Assembly (NCBI GenBank): GCA_035512775.1
Contig: DATKDI010000049.1
Coordinates: 17,137 to 81,136, forward strand
DNA: 64,000 bases
Source: Actinomycetota bacterium
GTDB lineage: Bacteria > Actinomycetota > UBA4738 > HRBIN12
Direction of reading: 5' to 3'
Positions 34,699 to 44,800 of the stretch are shown here, piece by piece. A program made the translations under genes and the position numbers. The notes beneath the pieces were generated by a model that was not told the DNA's origin, did not search any database, and saw only the letters and a list, made by a program, of their open reading frames with translations. How positions within the stretch are numbered: the stretch's first letter is position 1; each line of letters starts with the position of its first letter.

Positions 34699-36134
34699 AC
34701 AGGACGCCGCTCTATCGGCCGCGGCCGGGCACGATCCCGACGCTCGGCGTACCCTCCCTGCACGCCGTGCGAACCGTGCACCTGATCGGCGCCGGAGGTG
34801 CCGGCATGCGGAACCTCGCTCGGCTCTTCCTGGCCCGCGGCATCGCGGTCACGGGCTCGGACCTCAAGGACTCCGAGGGGCTGCGAGATCTCGAAGCCGG
34901 GGGCGCCCGCATGCGCGTGGGTCACGACGCCGATGCGCTGGGCGACCCCGACGCCGTGGTGATCTCGAGCGCGATCGCCGAGGAGAACCCGGAGCTCGCC
35001 GCCGCTCGTGCCCGGGGCCTCGCCGTGTGGGCGCGTCAGCAAGCGATCGCCGCCTTCGCGGCGGACCACCGTTCCATCGCCGTGGCGGGCACGACCGGGA
35101 AGACCACGACCACGTCGATGATCGCGACCATCCTCGAACAGGTCGGACTCGACCCGACGTACCTGATCGGCGGCGACCTGAACGAGAGCGGCAGCGGCGC
35201 GCGGGCCGGGGAGAGCGACCTCTTCCTCTTCGAAGCCGACGAGAGTGACGGCTCCTTCCTCCTTTCCGATCCTTCGATCGGCGTGATGACCAACGTCGAG
35301 GTGGACCACGTGGACTTCTATCCGGGCGGGGCGGACGAGCTGCGGCTGGCCTTCGCGGAGTTCTGCGCGCGCTCGGGCCGGGTCGTCGCCTGTATCGACG
35401 ACGAAGGGGCTCGCGAGGCCCTGCGCATCGCGGGGGTCGAGCCGATCGGCTACGGGGTCGCCGCGGATGCGCACGTTCGGCTCACGATCGAGACGCCGGG
35501 CCCGGGTGGCGCCCACGGCACGATCGACGTCGACGGTGCCGTCGTGCCGCTGACGCTGCGCGTCGATGGTGCTCACAACCTGCTGGACGCAGCTGCCGCG
35601 ATCGCGGTGGGACGCGTCGTCGGTGTCCTCGCCGAGGAGGCCGCGCACGCCCTGTCCACCTTCGGCGGGATACGCCGTCGCTTCGAACACCGGGGGAGCG
35701 TCCGAGGGGCGGAGTTCTACGACGACTACGCGCACGTCCCGACGGAGCTCGCCGTCACCCTCGAGGTGGCGCGGGCGCGAGCGCCGCTTCGGCTGGTCGC
35801 CGTGTTCCAGCCGCACCGGTACTCCCGGACCCAGGCCCTCTGGCGCGAGCTGGGGGCGAGCCTCGCGGAGGCCGACCTGATCGTCGTGACCGACGTCTAC
35901 GGCGCGAACCAACGACCGATCCCGGGGGTCACGGGCGAGCTCGTGGTCAACGGCGTGCGTCGCGCGGCCCCCGAGCGCACGGTGGTCTACGCGCCCCACG
36001 GCGAGGATGCGGTCTCCTTCCTCGCTCGAGAGGTGGGCGAGGGCGATCTCGTCATCACGCTCGGGTGTGGCGACGTGTGGATGCTCGGGGATGCGGCGCT
36101 CTCGCGCATCCGGGAGGCCGACGGTGGCTCCTGA
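34695..36134 (+). CDS. murC: UDP-N-acetylmuramate--L-alanine ligase
   Basis: VHLIGAGGAGM...AVAGTTGKTTTTSM. ATGA overlap with murG. The earlier ORF-track start 34140 is an in-frame run-on. Confidence 0.85.
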   Translation: MNRTPLYRPRPGTIPTLGVPSLHAVRTVHLIGAGGAGMRNLARLFLARGIAVTGSDLKDSEGLRDLEAGGARMRVGHDADALGDPDAVVISSAIAEENPELAAARARGLAVWARQQAIAAFAADHRSIAVAGTTGKTTTTSMIATILEQVGLDPTYLIGGDLNESGSGARAGESDLFLFEADESDGSFLLSDPSIGVMTNVEVDHVDFYPGGADELRLAFAEFCARSGRVVACIDDEGAREALRIAGVEPIGYGVAADAHVRLTIETPGPGGAHGTIDVDGAVVPLTLRVDGAHNLLDAAAAIAVGRVVGVLAEEAAHALSTFGGIRRRFEHRGSVRGAEFYDDYAHVPTELAVTLEVARARAPLRLVAVFQPHRYSRTQALWRELGASLAEADLIVVTDVYGANQRPIPGVTGELVVNGVRRAAPERTVVYAPHGEDAVSFLAREVGEGDLVITLGCGDVWMLGDAALSRIREADGGS

Positions 36135-37056
36135 TCTCGCGGATGCGGAGCGCCTCCTCCGCGAACGGCTGGGCTCGCGGCTGCGCGTGGGGTTCCCGCT
36201 CGCGCCGTTGACGAGCTTCCGGATCGGCGGACCTGCCGCGCTGTTCGTCGAGCCGGAAGACGACGCTGCACTCGAAGCGGTCGGACTCGCGGTGGAGCAG
36301 ACGGGTGTGCCGGTGGTGGTGATCGGCAAGGGATCCAACGTGTTGGTGTCGGACGAAGGGTTCGCCGGCATCGTGGTGCGCCTGGGTCGCGGGTATCGGT
36401 GGGCGGGCCGCGACGGGGACCTGCTCACCGCGGGGGGTGCGATGCCGCTCCCGGCGCTCGCCGGGATCGCGATGCGACATCGCCTCGCCGGACTCGAGTT
36501 CGGGGTCGCGATCCCGGCCAGCCTAGGTGGAGCGGTGAAGATGAACGCCGGTGCGCACGGGCGATCGATGTCCGAAGTGATCGAGCGGGTGGACGTCTAC
36601 TCGCTCGCTCGCCGCGCCCGAGGTTCCCTCTCGGTCGACGAGGCCGGATTCGGCTATCGCCGGTCGGATCTGCCTCCCGGTGACGTCGTGGTCGCCGCTG
36701 TGGCACGGCTCGAGTCCGGCGATGAGCCAGAGATCCGGGCTCGGATGGAGGAGGCGCGCGACTGGCGGCGGCGCACGCAGCCGCTCGCCGAGCCGAACTG
36801 CGGATCGGTCTTCAAGAACCCCGACGGCGACCATGCCGCGAGGCTGATCGAGGCGGCCGGCGCGAAGGGACTTCGGCTCGGAGGGGCCCAGGTCTCCGAG
36901 AAGCACTCGAACTTCATCGTCGCGGGTCCGGGCGCCTCGTCCTCCGACGTGTGGGCGCTGATCGAACAAGTGCGAGCGCTCGTGGAGTCTCACGGCGGGA
37001 TCCGACTGGAGACCGAGGTCGAGTTGATGGGAGCCATCGGCGATGCGCAGCGCTGA
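36124..37056 (+). CDS. murB: UDP-N-acetylenolpyruvoylglucosamine reductase
   Basis: FAD-binding PCMH domain LTSFRIGGPAALFVEP...VIGKGSNVLVSDEGF and a C-terminal MurB domain ...CGSVFKNP.... Confidence 0.8.
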   Translation: MAPDLADAERLLRERLGSRLRVGFPLAPLTSFRIGGPAALFVEPEDDAALEAVGLAVEQTGVPVVVIGKGSNVLVSDEGFAGIVVRLGRGYRWAGRDGDLLTAGGAMPLPALAGIAMRHRLAGLEFGVAIPASLGGAVKMNAGAHGRSMSEVIERVDVYSLARRARGSLSVDEAGFGYRRSDLPPGDVVVAAVARLESGDEPEIRARMEEARDWRRRTQPLAEPNCGSVFKNPDGDHAARLIEAAGAKGLRLGGAQVSEKHSNFIVAGPGASSSDVWALIEQVRALVESHGGIRLETEVELMGAIGDAQR

Positions 37057-37789
37057 CAAGGAGCGGCGGGTCATCCGGCGCTGGACGGTGGCTGCCTTCG
37101 CGACGATCCTGGTGGCCACGCTGGCGGTCGCGGCGACGTACACCCCGTTGTTCGCGGCGAGCGACATCGAGATCCAGGGATCAGGCGGGATCTCGAGTGC
37201 CGATCTTCTCGCCCTGGCTCGCGTGGACGAGGACTCGAACGTGTTCCATCTCGACACCCGCGCGGTCGAGCGGCGCCTGGAACGCGACCCGCGGATCCTC
37301 GAGGCGCGAGTCATCAGGTCGCTCCCGGACGCGCTCAGGATCGAGATCGTCGCTCGGACCCCCGTCGGCGTGGTGGGCACCGGAGGCGTGGGGACACCGA
37401 TGGACCTCGTCGGCGCCGACGGCGTCCTGATCGGACCCGCGGGGAACACCGTCGACCTCCCGGCGCTGCTCGCTCCGGACGGCGGTCCCGTCGGAGCGGG
37501 GAGCCTCGCGACCGCGGCGGCCGCGGCGGGCGCCCTCGAGCCGGCGTTGCGCCGCGCCGTGGACGCCGTGGTCGTGGCGCCGGACGGCGGAGTGGAGGTC
37601 CGGCTCGCGGCCGGGTTCTCCGCTTCCCTCGGAGATGCGTCCGAGCTCACCGCGAAGGCCGCGTCGCTTGCCGCTCTGCTGGCGTGGGTGCAGGAGCGGG
37701 ATGTCCGTGTGGTGTCGGCCGATCTGAGCGTGCCGGGGAGCCCCACCGCGAAGCTCGAACAGGGCTCCACCGCGGTGCCGATCCCCTGA
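37043..37789 (+). CDS. ftsQ: cell division protein FtsQ/DivIB (POTRA)
   Basis: An N-terminal TM helix, then a POTRA-like IEIQGSGGISSADLLALARVDEDSNVFHLDTRAVERRLERDPRILEARV. It lies immediately before ftsZ, with no ftsA. Confidence 0.75.
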   Translation: MRSADKERRVIRRWTVAAFATILVATLAVAATYTPLFAASDIEIQGSGGISSADLLALARVDEDSNVFHLDTRAVERRLERDPRILEARVIRSLPDALRIEIVARTPVGVVGTGGVGTPMDLVGADGVLIGPAGNTVDLPALLAPDGGPVGAGSLATAAAAAGALEPALRRAVDAVVVAPDGGVEVRLAAGFSASLGDASELTAKAASLAALLAWVQERDVRVVSADLSVPGSPTAKLEQGSTAVPIP

Positions 37790-37867
37790 TCCGCCACGCG
37801 ATGCGCCGCGCGTTCTGATTGTCACGAGTAAGCGCAAGCGAGCGCCCGGGAGGCGTGCCACAACTTC

Positions 37868-37896
37868 TTGACGGACCTGCGATTACGAAGTAGGGT
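37868..37896 (+). promoter_or_regulatory. candidate ftsZ promoter (TTGACG -17 nt- TAGGGT)
   Basis: A sigma-A-like -35/-10 pair read directly, in the relatively AT-rich 265-nt ftsQ-ftsZ spacer. Confidence 0.4.
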
Positions 37897-38054
37897 CGCT
37901 ACCTCCACATGAGCTAGATATGGTAATAACGTTCAAGTGGAGCCTTACAGTTCGACCCGTAGTTGAGCAGGGAACAGCAGTGAGTTCGCATCAACGGTCG
38001 ACCACAGGTTGCAGTCGGAGGCGGGACCTCCAGGTACGCGGGCCGGGGCCCGGG

Positions 38055-39223
38055 AGGGAAAGCGGATGATGATGGACGCTCCTCAGAACTACCTCGCCGT
38101 GATCAAGGTCGTGGGCATCGGCGGGGGCGGCGTGAACGCGGTGAACCGGATGATCGAGGCAGGCCTCCGGGGTGTCGAGTTCACCGCCGTCAACACGGAC
38201 GCACAGACCTTGCTGATGTCCGACGCCGAGGTGAAGCTCGACATCGGCCGGGAAACGACGCGCGGTCTGGGCGCCGGCTCGGATCCGGACGTCGGCCGGC
38301 ACGCAGCGGAGGAGCATGCCGACGAGATCGAGGAGATCCTCAAGGGCGCCGACATGGTGTTCATCACCGCCGGCGAGGGCGGGGGCACGGGAACCGGCGG
38401 TGCCCCGATCGTGGCGGAGGTCGCGAGGAACCTCGGGGCGCTCACGATCGGCGTCGTGACACGCCCCTTCGGCTTCGAAGGCCGGAAGCGCGCGACCCAG
38501 GCGGACCTCGGGATCACGGAGCTCAAGAAGGCCGTCGACACGCTGATCGTGGTGCCGAACGACCGGCTCCTGCAGGTGGCCGACGTGAGCATGCCGATGC
38601 TCGACGCGTTCCGGATGGCGGACCAGGTCCTCTATCAAGGTGTCGACGGCATCACCTCGCTCATCACCACCCCCGGATTGATCAACCTCGACTTCGCCGA
38701 CGTGAAGTCGATCATGGCAGGCGCCGGGTCCGCACTGATGGGGATCGGCCTCGGGTCCGGACAGGACCGCGCCACGGAGGCCGCCAAGGCAGCGATCAGC
38801 TCCCCGTTGCTGGAGTCCTCGATCGACGGCGCGAAGGGCGTCTTGCTCTCGATCGCCGGTCCGACCGACTTGACCCTGCACGAGGTCAACGCGGCGGCGG
38901 ATGCCATCACGCGCGTCGCCCACCCGGACGCCAACATCATCTTCGGCGCGGTCGTCGACGATGCCTTGGGCGAGGAGGTGCGCGTCACCGTCGTCGCCGC
39001 GGGCTTCGACAAGGTGACGGCCGTCTCCGACAGTCGCTTCGAGAGCCGGCTCTCCCGGCTGCTGGAGGAACCCACCGACGAAGGAGCCGCGAGCGAAGAG
39101 CCGCTTCCGTCGATCCTGGCCGAGGACGACGAAGACCGGGTCTTCACGAGCGGTGAGGGATCCGCCCCGCTGACCTTCGACGCCGAGGAGGACCTGGACA
39201 TCCCGGACTTCCTCAAGAGCTGA
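38055..39223 (+). CDS. ftsZ: cell division GTPase FtsZ
   Basis: Tubulin signature GGGTGTG ([21 protein letters not shown]), NTDAQ, T7 loop. RBS GGGAGGG before the ATG at 38055. Confidence 0.95.
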
Positions 39224-39396
39224 CGCCCGCCCCGCGCGGCCCTCGAACCGGGGCGGGGAGATCCACGAGAGGAGGCGCCCTTCCCCCGACTTCTCTCGAA
39301 GAGGATCTCCCCGCCCCCCTTCGATCTCTCGGCGTGTGTCCGGGCCCGCCAAGGGATGACGATGGCCGAGTCACGCCACGATCACGAGAGGACACG

Positions 39397-40110
39397 GTGA
39401 CCGCGGATCGCGGGGAGGTACGTCGCAACGTCGAAGAGGTGCGGTCGCGCATCGCCTCCGCCGCCACCCGCTCGGGCAGGACCCCCGAGGACGTCTCGCT
39501 GATCGCGGTCACGAAGACGGTCGAGATCGAGCAGGTCCGGTGGGCGGTCGAGGCAGGGGTCCGGGATCTCGGCGAGAATTACGTACAGGAGTTGCGCGAC
39601 AAGCGGGATGCGATCGACGCCGGCACGTGGCACTTCATCGGCACGCTTCAGTCGAGCACGGCCCACCGCGTCGCCGACCATGCCGATGTCGTCCAGACCG
39701 TGGCAGGAGAGCGGGCGGCGCGACGGCTCGCAGGCCGCGCCGCCCGCTCCGGCCGCACCCTCGACTCGTTGATCGAGGTCGATCTCACGGAAGACCGGAC
39801 GGGCGTGCCCGCGGCCGAGCTCCCCACATTCGCCGACCTGGTCGCCTCACTCGAAGGCCTTCACCTGATCGGTCTGATGACCGTGCCCGCGATCGGGGAG
39901 ACGGCCGAGGACGCACGCGCCTCCTTCGCCCGGCTGCGTCGGCTCCGCGACGAGATCCGAGAAGAGCACCCCGACGTGCTGGCATTGTCGATGGGGATGT
40001 CGTTGGATTACGAGGTCGCGGTGGAAGAAGGCGCTACCATGGTCCGGATCGGGACGGCTCTGTTCGGCCCCCGAGCAGCCAGGTCGAGAGATGGGGAGGA
40101 ACCAACATGA
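39397..40110 (+). CDS. yggS: YggS-family pyridoxal-phosphate homeostasis protein (alanine-racemase-N-like fold)
   Basis: VTKTVEIEQVRWAVEAGVRDLGENYVQEL...HFIGTLQSSTA...SMGMSLDY. GTG at 39397 with a GAGAGGA RBS. ORF-track start 39334 is less likely. Confidence 0.75.
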   Translation: MTADRGEVRRNVEEVRSRIASAATRSGRTPEDVSLIAVTKTVEIEQVRWAVEAGVRDLGENYVQELRDKRDAIDAGTWHFIGTLQSSTAHRVADHADVVQTVAGERAARRLAGRAARSGRTLDSLIEVDLTEDRTGVPAAELPTFADLVASLEGLHLIGLMTVPAIGETAEDARASFARLRRLRDEIREEHPDVLALSMGMSLDYEVAVEEGATMVRIGTALFGPRAARSRDGEEPT

Positions 40111-40574
40111 GCGGCGTGTGGAAGAAGACGCTGAACTATCTCGGTCTGGTCGAGGACGACGAGGAGTTCGTCGAGGAGCTCCCCGACGTCGAGCCTGCGC
40201 CCGTGCGACGGATGCGGCCTCAACCGGTCCGTGAGGTGTCGTCGGAGGCGGAAGGCGTGGTGCGCACGATCGCTTCGCCGCGCCAGGTGGGTGCGTCGGC
40301 GGCGATCCACAAGTCGGAGCCCAAGCGATTCAACGAGGCCCGCGAAGTCGCCGACCGCTTCAAAGAGGGCACGGCCGTCATCATGAACCTGCAGGGCACC
40401 GAGGACTCCACCGCTCGCCGGCTCGTCGACTTCGCCTCCGGTCTCGTCTACGGACTGGACGGCAAGATCGAGCTCGTGGCGAACCGCGTGTACCTGCTCA
40501 CACCGGCAGACGTCGAGGTGTCGGCCGAGGAGCGGGAACGCATCGCCGGCGGCGGCTTCTACAACCAGTTCTGA
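40107..40574 (+). CDS. sepF: cell division protein SepF
   Basis: MSGVWKKTLNYLGLVEDDEEF N-terminal membrane-binding helix and a C-terminal SepF core. ATGA overlap with yggS. Confidence 0.8.
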   Translation: MSGVWKKTLNYLGLVEDDEEFVEELPDVEPAPVRRMRPQPVREVSSEAEGVVRTIASPRQVGASAAIHKSEPKRFNEAREVADRFKEGTAVIMNLQGTEDSTARRLVDFASGLVYGLDGKIELVANRVYLLTPADVEVSAEERERIAGGGFYNQF

Positions 40575-40624
40575 CGACGCTCCGGTCCGAGCGTGGTCCT
40601 TCGCACTGCTAGCCTTGCGCGTCG

Positions 40625-40909
40625 ATGACGGCAGCCAACGGCAACGACTTCGTGAGCGAGCTCATCTGCCTCGTGCTCTTCGTCTTCATGATCCTCTTGT
40701 TCATCAGGGTGATCCTCGGCTGGCTCCAGTTCGCGGGCTGGCGGCCGCCGCACTCGGGACCGCTCCGAGCGGGTTTCGATGTCCTGATCGACGTGACGGA
40801 ACCGCCACTCCGGCTGCTGCGGAGGATCGTGCCGCCGGCGGGTGTGCTCGACCTCTCGGTGCTGGTTGCGTTCGTGGTCCTCGTCGTGTTGCGTACAGTG
40901 TTCTGTTGA
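40625..40909 (+). CDS. yggT: YggT-family membrane protein
   Basis: 94 aa with 2 TM helices. It follows sepF as in Actinobacteria and Firmicutes. Confidence 0.7.
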   Translation: MTAANGNDFVSELICLVLFVFMILLFIRVILGWLQFAGWRPPHSGPLRAGFDVLIDVTEPPLRLLRRIVPPAGVLDLSVLVAFVVLVVLRTVFC

Positions 40910-41003
40910 GCGGGATGACCGGGACCGATCGGACCAGAGCGGATGAAGAAGGCGAGATGAGGAAGCCAATGACGGTGAAGAAGCCAATAATGAAGAAGCC
41001 AAG

Positions 41004-41798
41004 ATGAAGAAGAAGGACACGACCGGCGGCGCATCGGACTGGACCTCGGCTCCGGCAGGGCGGCGGATCACGCCCCTCGAGGTCCAACAGAAGGAGTTCC
41101 AGGTCGCCCGGTTCGGTGCGGGCTACCGGATGCGGGAGGTCGACGAGTTCCTCGATCAGGTCACCGACGCGATGACCGCGCTCGTGGCGGAGAACGAGCG
41201 GTTGGCCCGGGGATCGAGCGATCGCGGGCCGGCCTCGACCCGACCATCGGTCCCCGCGACGACCGGCGACGCCGACCGCGCCGCGGTGGAGGCGTTCCTG
41301 CGGCGCGAGAAAGGATTCCTGCAGGATCTGGGCGGGCTGGTCCAGGAGCACGCCGAGGAATTGCGGTCCATGGTGCGAGCGGTTCGCCAGGACGCGTCGG
41401 CCGTCGCCGAGATAGCTGTGCAGGAACCGGCAGCGAAGGAGCCGCCCGCGGCCGCGAGGGCTTCTGACGCCGGGTCCGCGCCGGAAGAAGCGCCGCCGCT
41501 CGAGGCCGCGGCCGCTCCGGACGCGCGGGAAGAGCCGGACGCGCCACAAGCTGAGATCACCGAAGGCTCCGACGTGAGCGGGACCACGGCGCAGGCCACG
41601 CCGGATGCCCCAGAAGACGAGAGAGAAGACGAGGGGGAGGGCGACGATCGCACGACGATCGCGGGATCGGCGCCCATCATCACCGGCGCCGTCGCCGACG
41701 AGCCGATCCTGCTCGATGAGCCGGAACCCGCACGGTCGGGACGTCCGGACGATGAAGAGGACGGTTCGCTCCGGGAGCTGTTCTGGGGCGAGGAATGA
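41004..41798 (+). CDS. divIVA: DivIVA-domain protein
   Basis: N-terminal DivIVA lipid-binding domain ITPLEVQQKEFQVARFGAGYRMREVDEFLDQV, with a coiled-coil and acidic tail. Confidence 0.8.
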   Translation: MKKKDTTGGASDWTSAPAGRRITPLEVQQKEFQVARFGAGYRMREVDEFLDQVTDAMTALVAENERLARGSSDRGPASTRPSVPATTGDADRAAVEAFLRREKGFLQDLGGLVQEHAEELRSMVRAVRQDASAVAEIAVQEPAAKEPPAAARASDAGSAPEEAPPLEAAAAPDAREEPDAPQAEITEGSDVSGTTAQATPDAPEDEREDEGEGDDRTTIAGSAPIITGAVADEPILLDEPEPARSGRPDDEEDGSLRELFWGEE

Positions 41799-41804
41799 GC
41801 CGGG

Positions 41805-44800
41805 TCAACCCTCCTTCCTGAGGCTCACGACCACCGGCGTCGCCTCGAGCGTTCCTTCCAGCCGGAATCCGTCCACGCCGCTCGTCGCCACGCCGGCGGC
41901 CAACGTCTCGGCGGCGATCTCTTCCCCGTGCGTGGCCAGCACCTCTGCGGGTTCGCCGGACGTCTCCACCCCGAGCACGATCCGGTCCGTCACCTGGAGG
42001 CCGGCCTCCTTCCGGGCGTCCTGGATCATCCGGACGAGCTCGCGGGCGAGCCCTTCGCGTCGGAGCTCCGGCGTGATCTCGAGCTCGAGAGCGACCGTGA
42101 CGCCGCCCTCCGAGGCGACGCCCAACCCCGACCGGACGTCGTGGGTGAGCTGGACGTCGTCAGGTCCGATCGGGACGGGGGCCCCTTCGCCCGCGGCAAC
42201 CTCGATCTGCCCACCGTCGGCGAGTCGTCCCGCGAGCGTGCCGTCGTCCGCGGCCAGTGCGGCCGCGACGGCCTGGACACGCGGGCCGAGGCGAGGGCCG
42301 AGAACCTTGAAGTCCGGTCGAGCCCGCCATCGGCCGAAGACGTCTGCCGACCCCGCGACCTCGACGCGCTTGACGTTCAACTCCTCGGCGACCGTATCCC
42401 GCAATCGATCGAACGAGCCGGGCGTGTCGGCGAGATGCACCACCGCGGCAGGGAGCGGTTGCCGCGTTCGGGTCTTCGTCTCCGTGCGGATCCGCCGCCC
42501 CAGCTCCACGACCTGACGCGCGAGCGCCATCGCGTCGTCCAGACCCGGATCGACCGCCGCCTCGTCCACGCGCGGATAGTCCGCCAGATGCACCGAGTCG
42601 GGGCGGCCGCCACGTCCGGCGGCGAGGTTCGACCAGATCTCCTCGGAGACGAACGGGGTGAGCGGCGCGAGGAGCGTCGCCGCGGTGACCAGGCATTCGT
42701 GCAGCGTGTGGAACGCGGCGACGCTGTCGGCGCCGCCACTCCCGCCTGGGTTCCAGAACCGCCGGCGCGAGCGTCGCACGTACCAATTGGATAGGTCCTC
42801 GATGAACGCCTGGATCCGCCGACCGGCTCCCGTCACGTCGTAGCCGTCCATCCCGTCCCGGACTTCGCGAACGGTGCCGGCGAGTCGCGACAGGATCCAT
42901 CGGTCCAGCAGCGGTCGGGAGGACAGAGAAGGAGCGGGCTCGGCGTCGGGGTCGAACGCGTCCGCGTTCGCGTAGAGCACGAAGAACGAGTAGACGTGCC
43001 ACAGGGTGAGCAGGAACTGTCGCACCGCCTCCTCGAGGACGGTGTCGCCGAGTCGTCTCGACGACCAGGGGGACCCGCTCGTCAGGAGCACCCAGCGGAG
43101 CGCGTCCGCTCCATAGCGCTCCATCACTGTCATCGGATCCACGGCGTTGCCGAGCGACTTCGACATCTTCCGGCCCTGTTCGTCGACGATGAAACCGAAG
43201 CAGACGACGGTGCGGTAGGCGGTCGTGTCGAAGTGCAGGACCCCTTCCGCCATCAGTGTGTAGAACCAGCCGCGGGTCTGGTCGATCGCCTCGGAGATGA
43301 AGTCGGCGGGGAACCGCCGCCCGAACGGCTCCTCGCCCCGACCCAGCTCCGGGTGGTAGCCCCACTGCGCGAACGGCATCGCGCCGGAGTCGTACCAGGC
43401 GTCGATCACCTCGGGGACCCGTCGTGACTCCTCGCCGCACTCCGGGCACGGGAACGTGATCTCATCGATGGTGGGTCGGTGCGGATCGAGGTCCGTGAGA
43501 TCGCGTCCCGCCAGCGTGCCGAGCTCGACGAGCGATCCGATCGCGGTCACGTGCTCGGCCGGACACCGCCAGATCGGCAGCGGGGTACCCCAGTACCGCT
43601 CGCGAGAGAGCGCCCAGTCGACGTTGTTCTCGAGCCAGTTGCCGAAGCGCCCGTGCTTGATGTGATCGGGATGCCAGTCGACCTGGTCGTTGACGTCCAG
43701 GAGGCGCTCCTTGACGGCCGTCGTGCGGACGTACCAGGAGGTGCGCGCGTAGTGGAGGAGTGGGGTCTTGCACCGCCAGCAGAACGGATACGTGTGCAGG
43801 ATCGTCTCGGAACGGAGCAAGCGCCCGCGGGCGAAGAGGTCCTCGACGATCACGGGATCGGCGTCCTTCACGAACAGATCGCGGATGAACTCGGGGGCGA
43901 GATCAGTGAACCGGCCGTCGTCCCCGACCGGCTTGAAGACCGCCCAGCCCTGGGCGCGTCCGACCTCGAGGTCCTCGGGGCCGAACGCGGGGGCCAGGTG
44001 CACGATCCCGGTGCCGTCCTCCATCTGGACGAACGCGCCCGCGACGACGGTGTGCGCGCCCTCGACGTTCGCATAGGGCGGCTCGTACGTCGCTCCGAGG
44101 AGATCCTCCCCGCTGAGGGTCTTCCGGATCGTCCAACCGTCGCCGAGGGCCGCCGCGGCGAGCGGTTCGGCGACGATCAGTCGATCGTCGTCCTTCTCGG
44201 CCACGACGTAGGTGGCCGAGGCACCCACCGCGACGCCCGTGTTGGAGGGGAGCGTCCACGGCGTCGTGGTCCATACGAGCAGCGACGCGCCGACCAGGTC
44301 TGGGGCCGGCGGATCGACGATCGGGAACCTGACGTAGACGCTGGGGTCCTCGACCGATTCGTAGCCGAGGGCGACCTCGGCGTCGGAGAGCGCCGTCCCG
44401 CACCGGGGGCAATACGCGGTCACCTTGTCCGCCTCGATCAGCAGGCCGCGTTCGTGCAGACGCTTCAGCGACCACCAGACGGACTCGACATACGCGGGAT
44501 CCATCGTCCAGTAGGCGTCATCCATGTCGATCCAGAAGCCGATCCGGCGCGTCAACTCCTCCCAGTCGCGGACGTATCGTCGGACGGACACCCGGCACCG
44601 CTCGTTGAACTCGGCGACCCCGAACGCCTCGATGTCGCGCTTGCCGGAGGTTCCGATCTCTTTCTCCACCTCGATCTCGACAGGGAGCCCGTGGCAGTCC
44701 CAGCCGGCCTTGCGGTGCACGAGGTGGCCGGTCATCGTGCGGTAGCGGGGATAGACGTCCTTGAAGGTGCGGGTGACCGCGTGGCCGATGTGCGGCTTGG

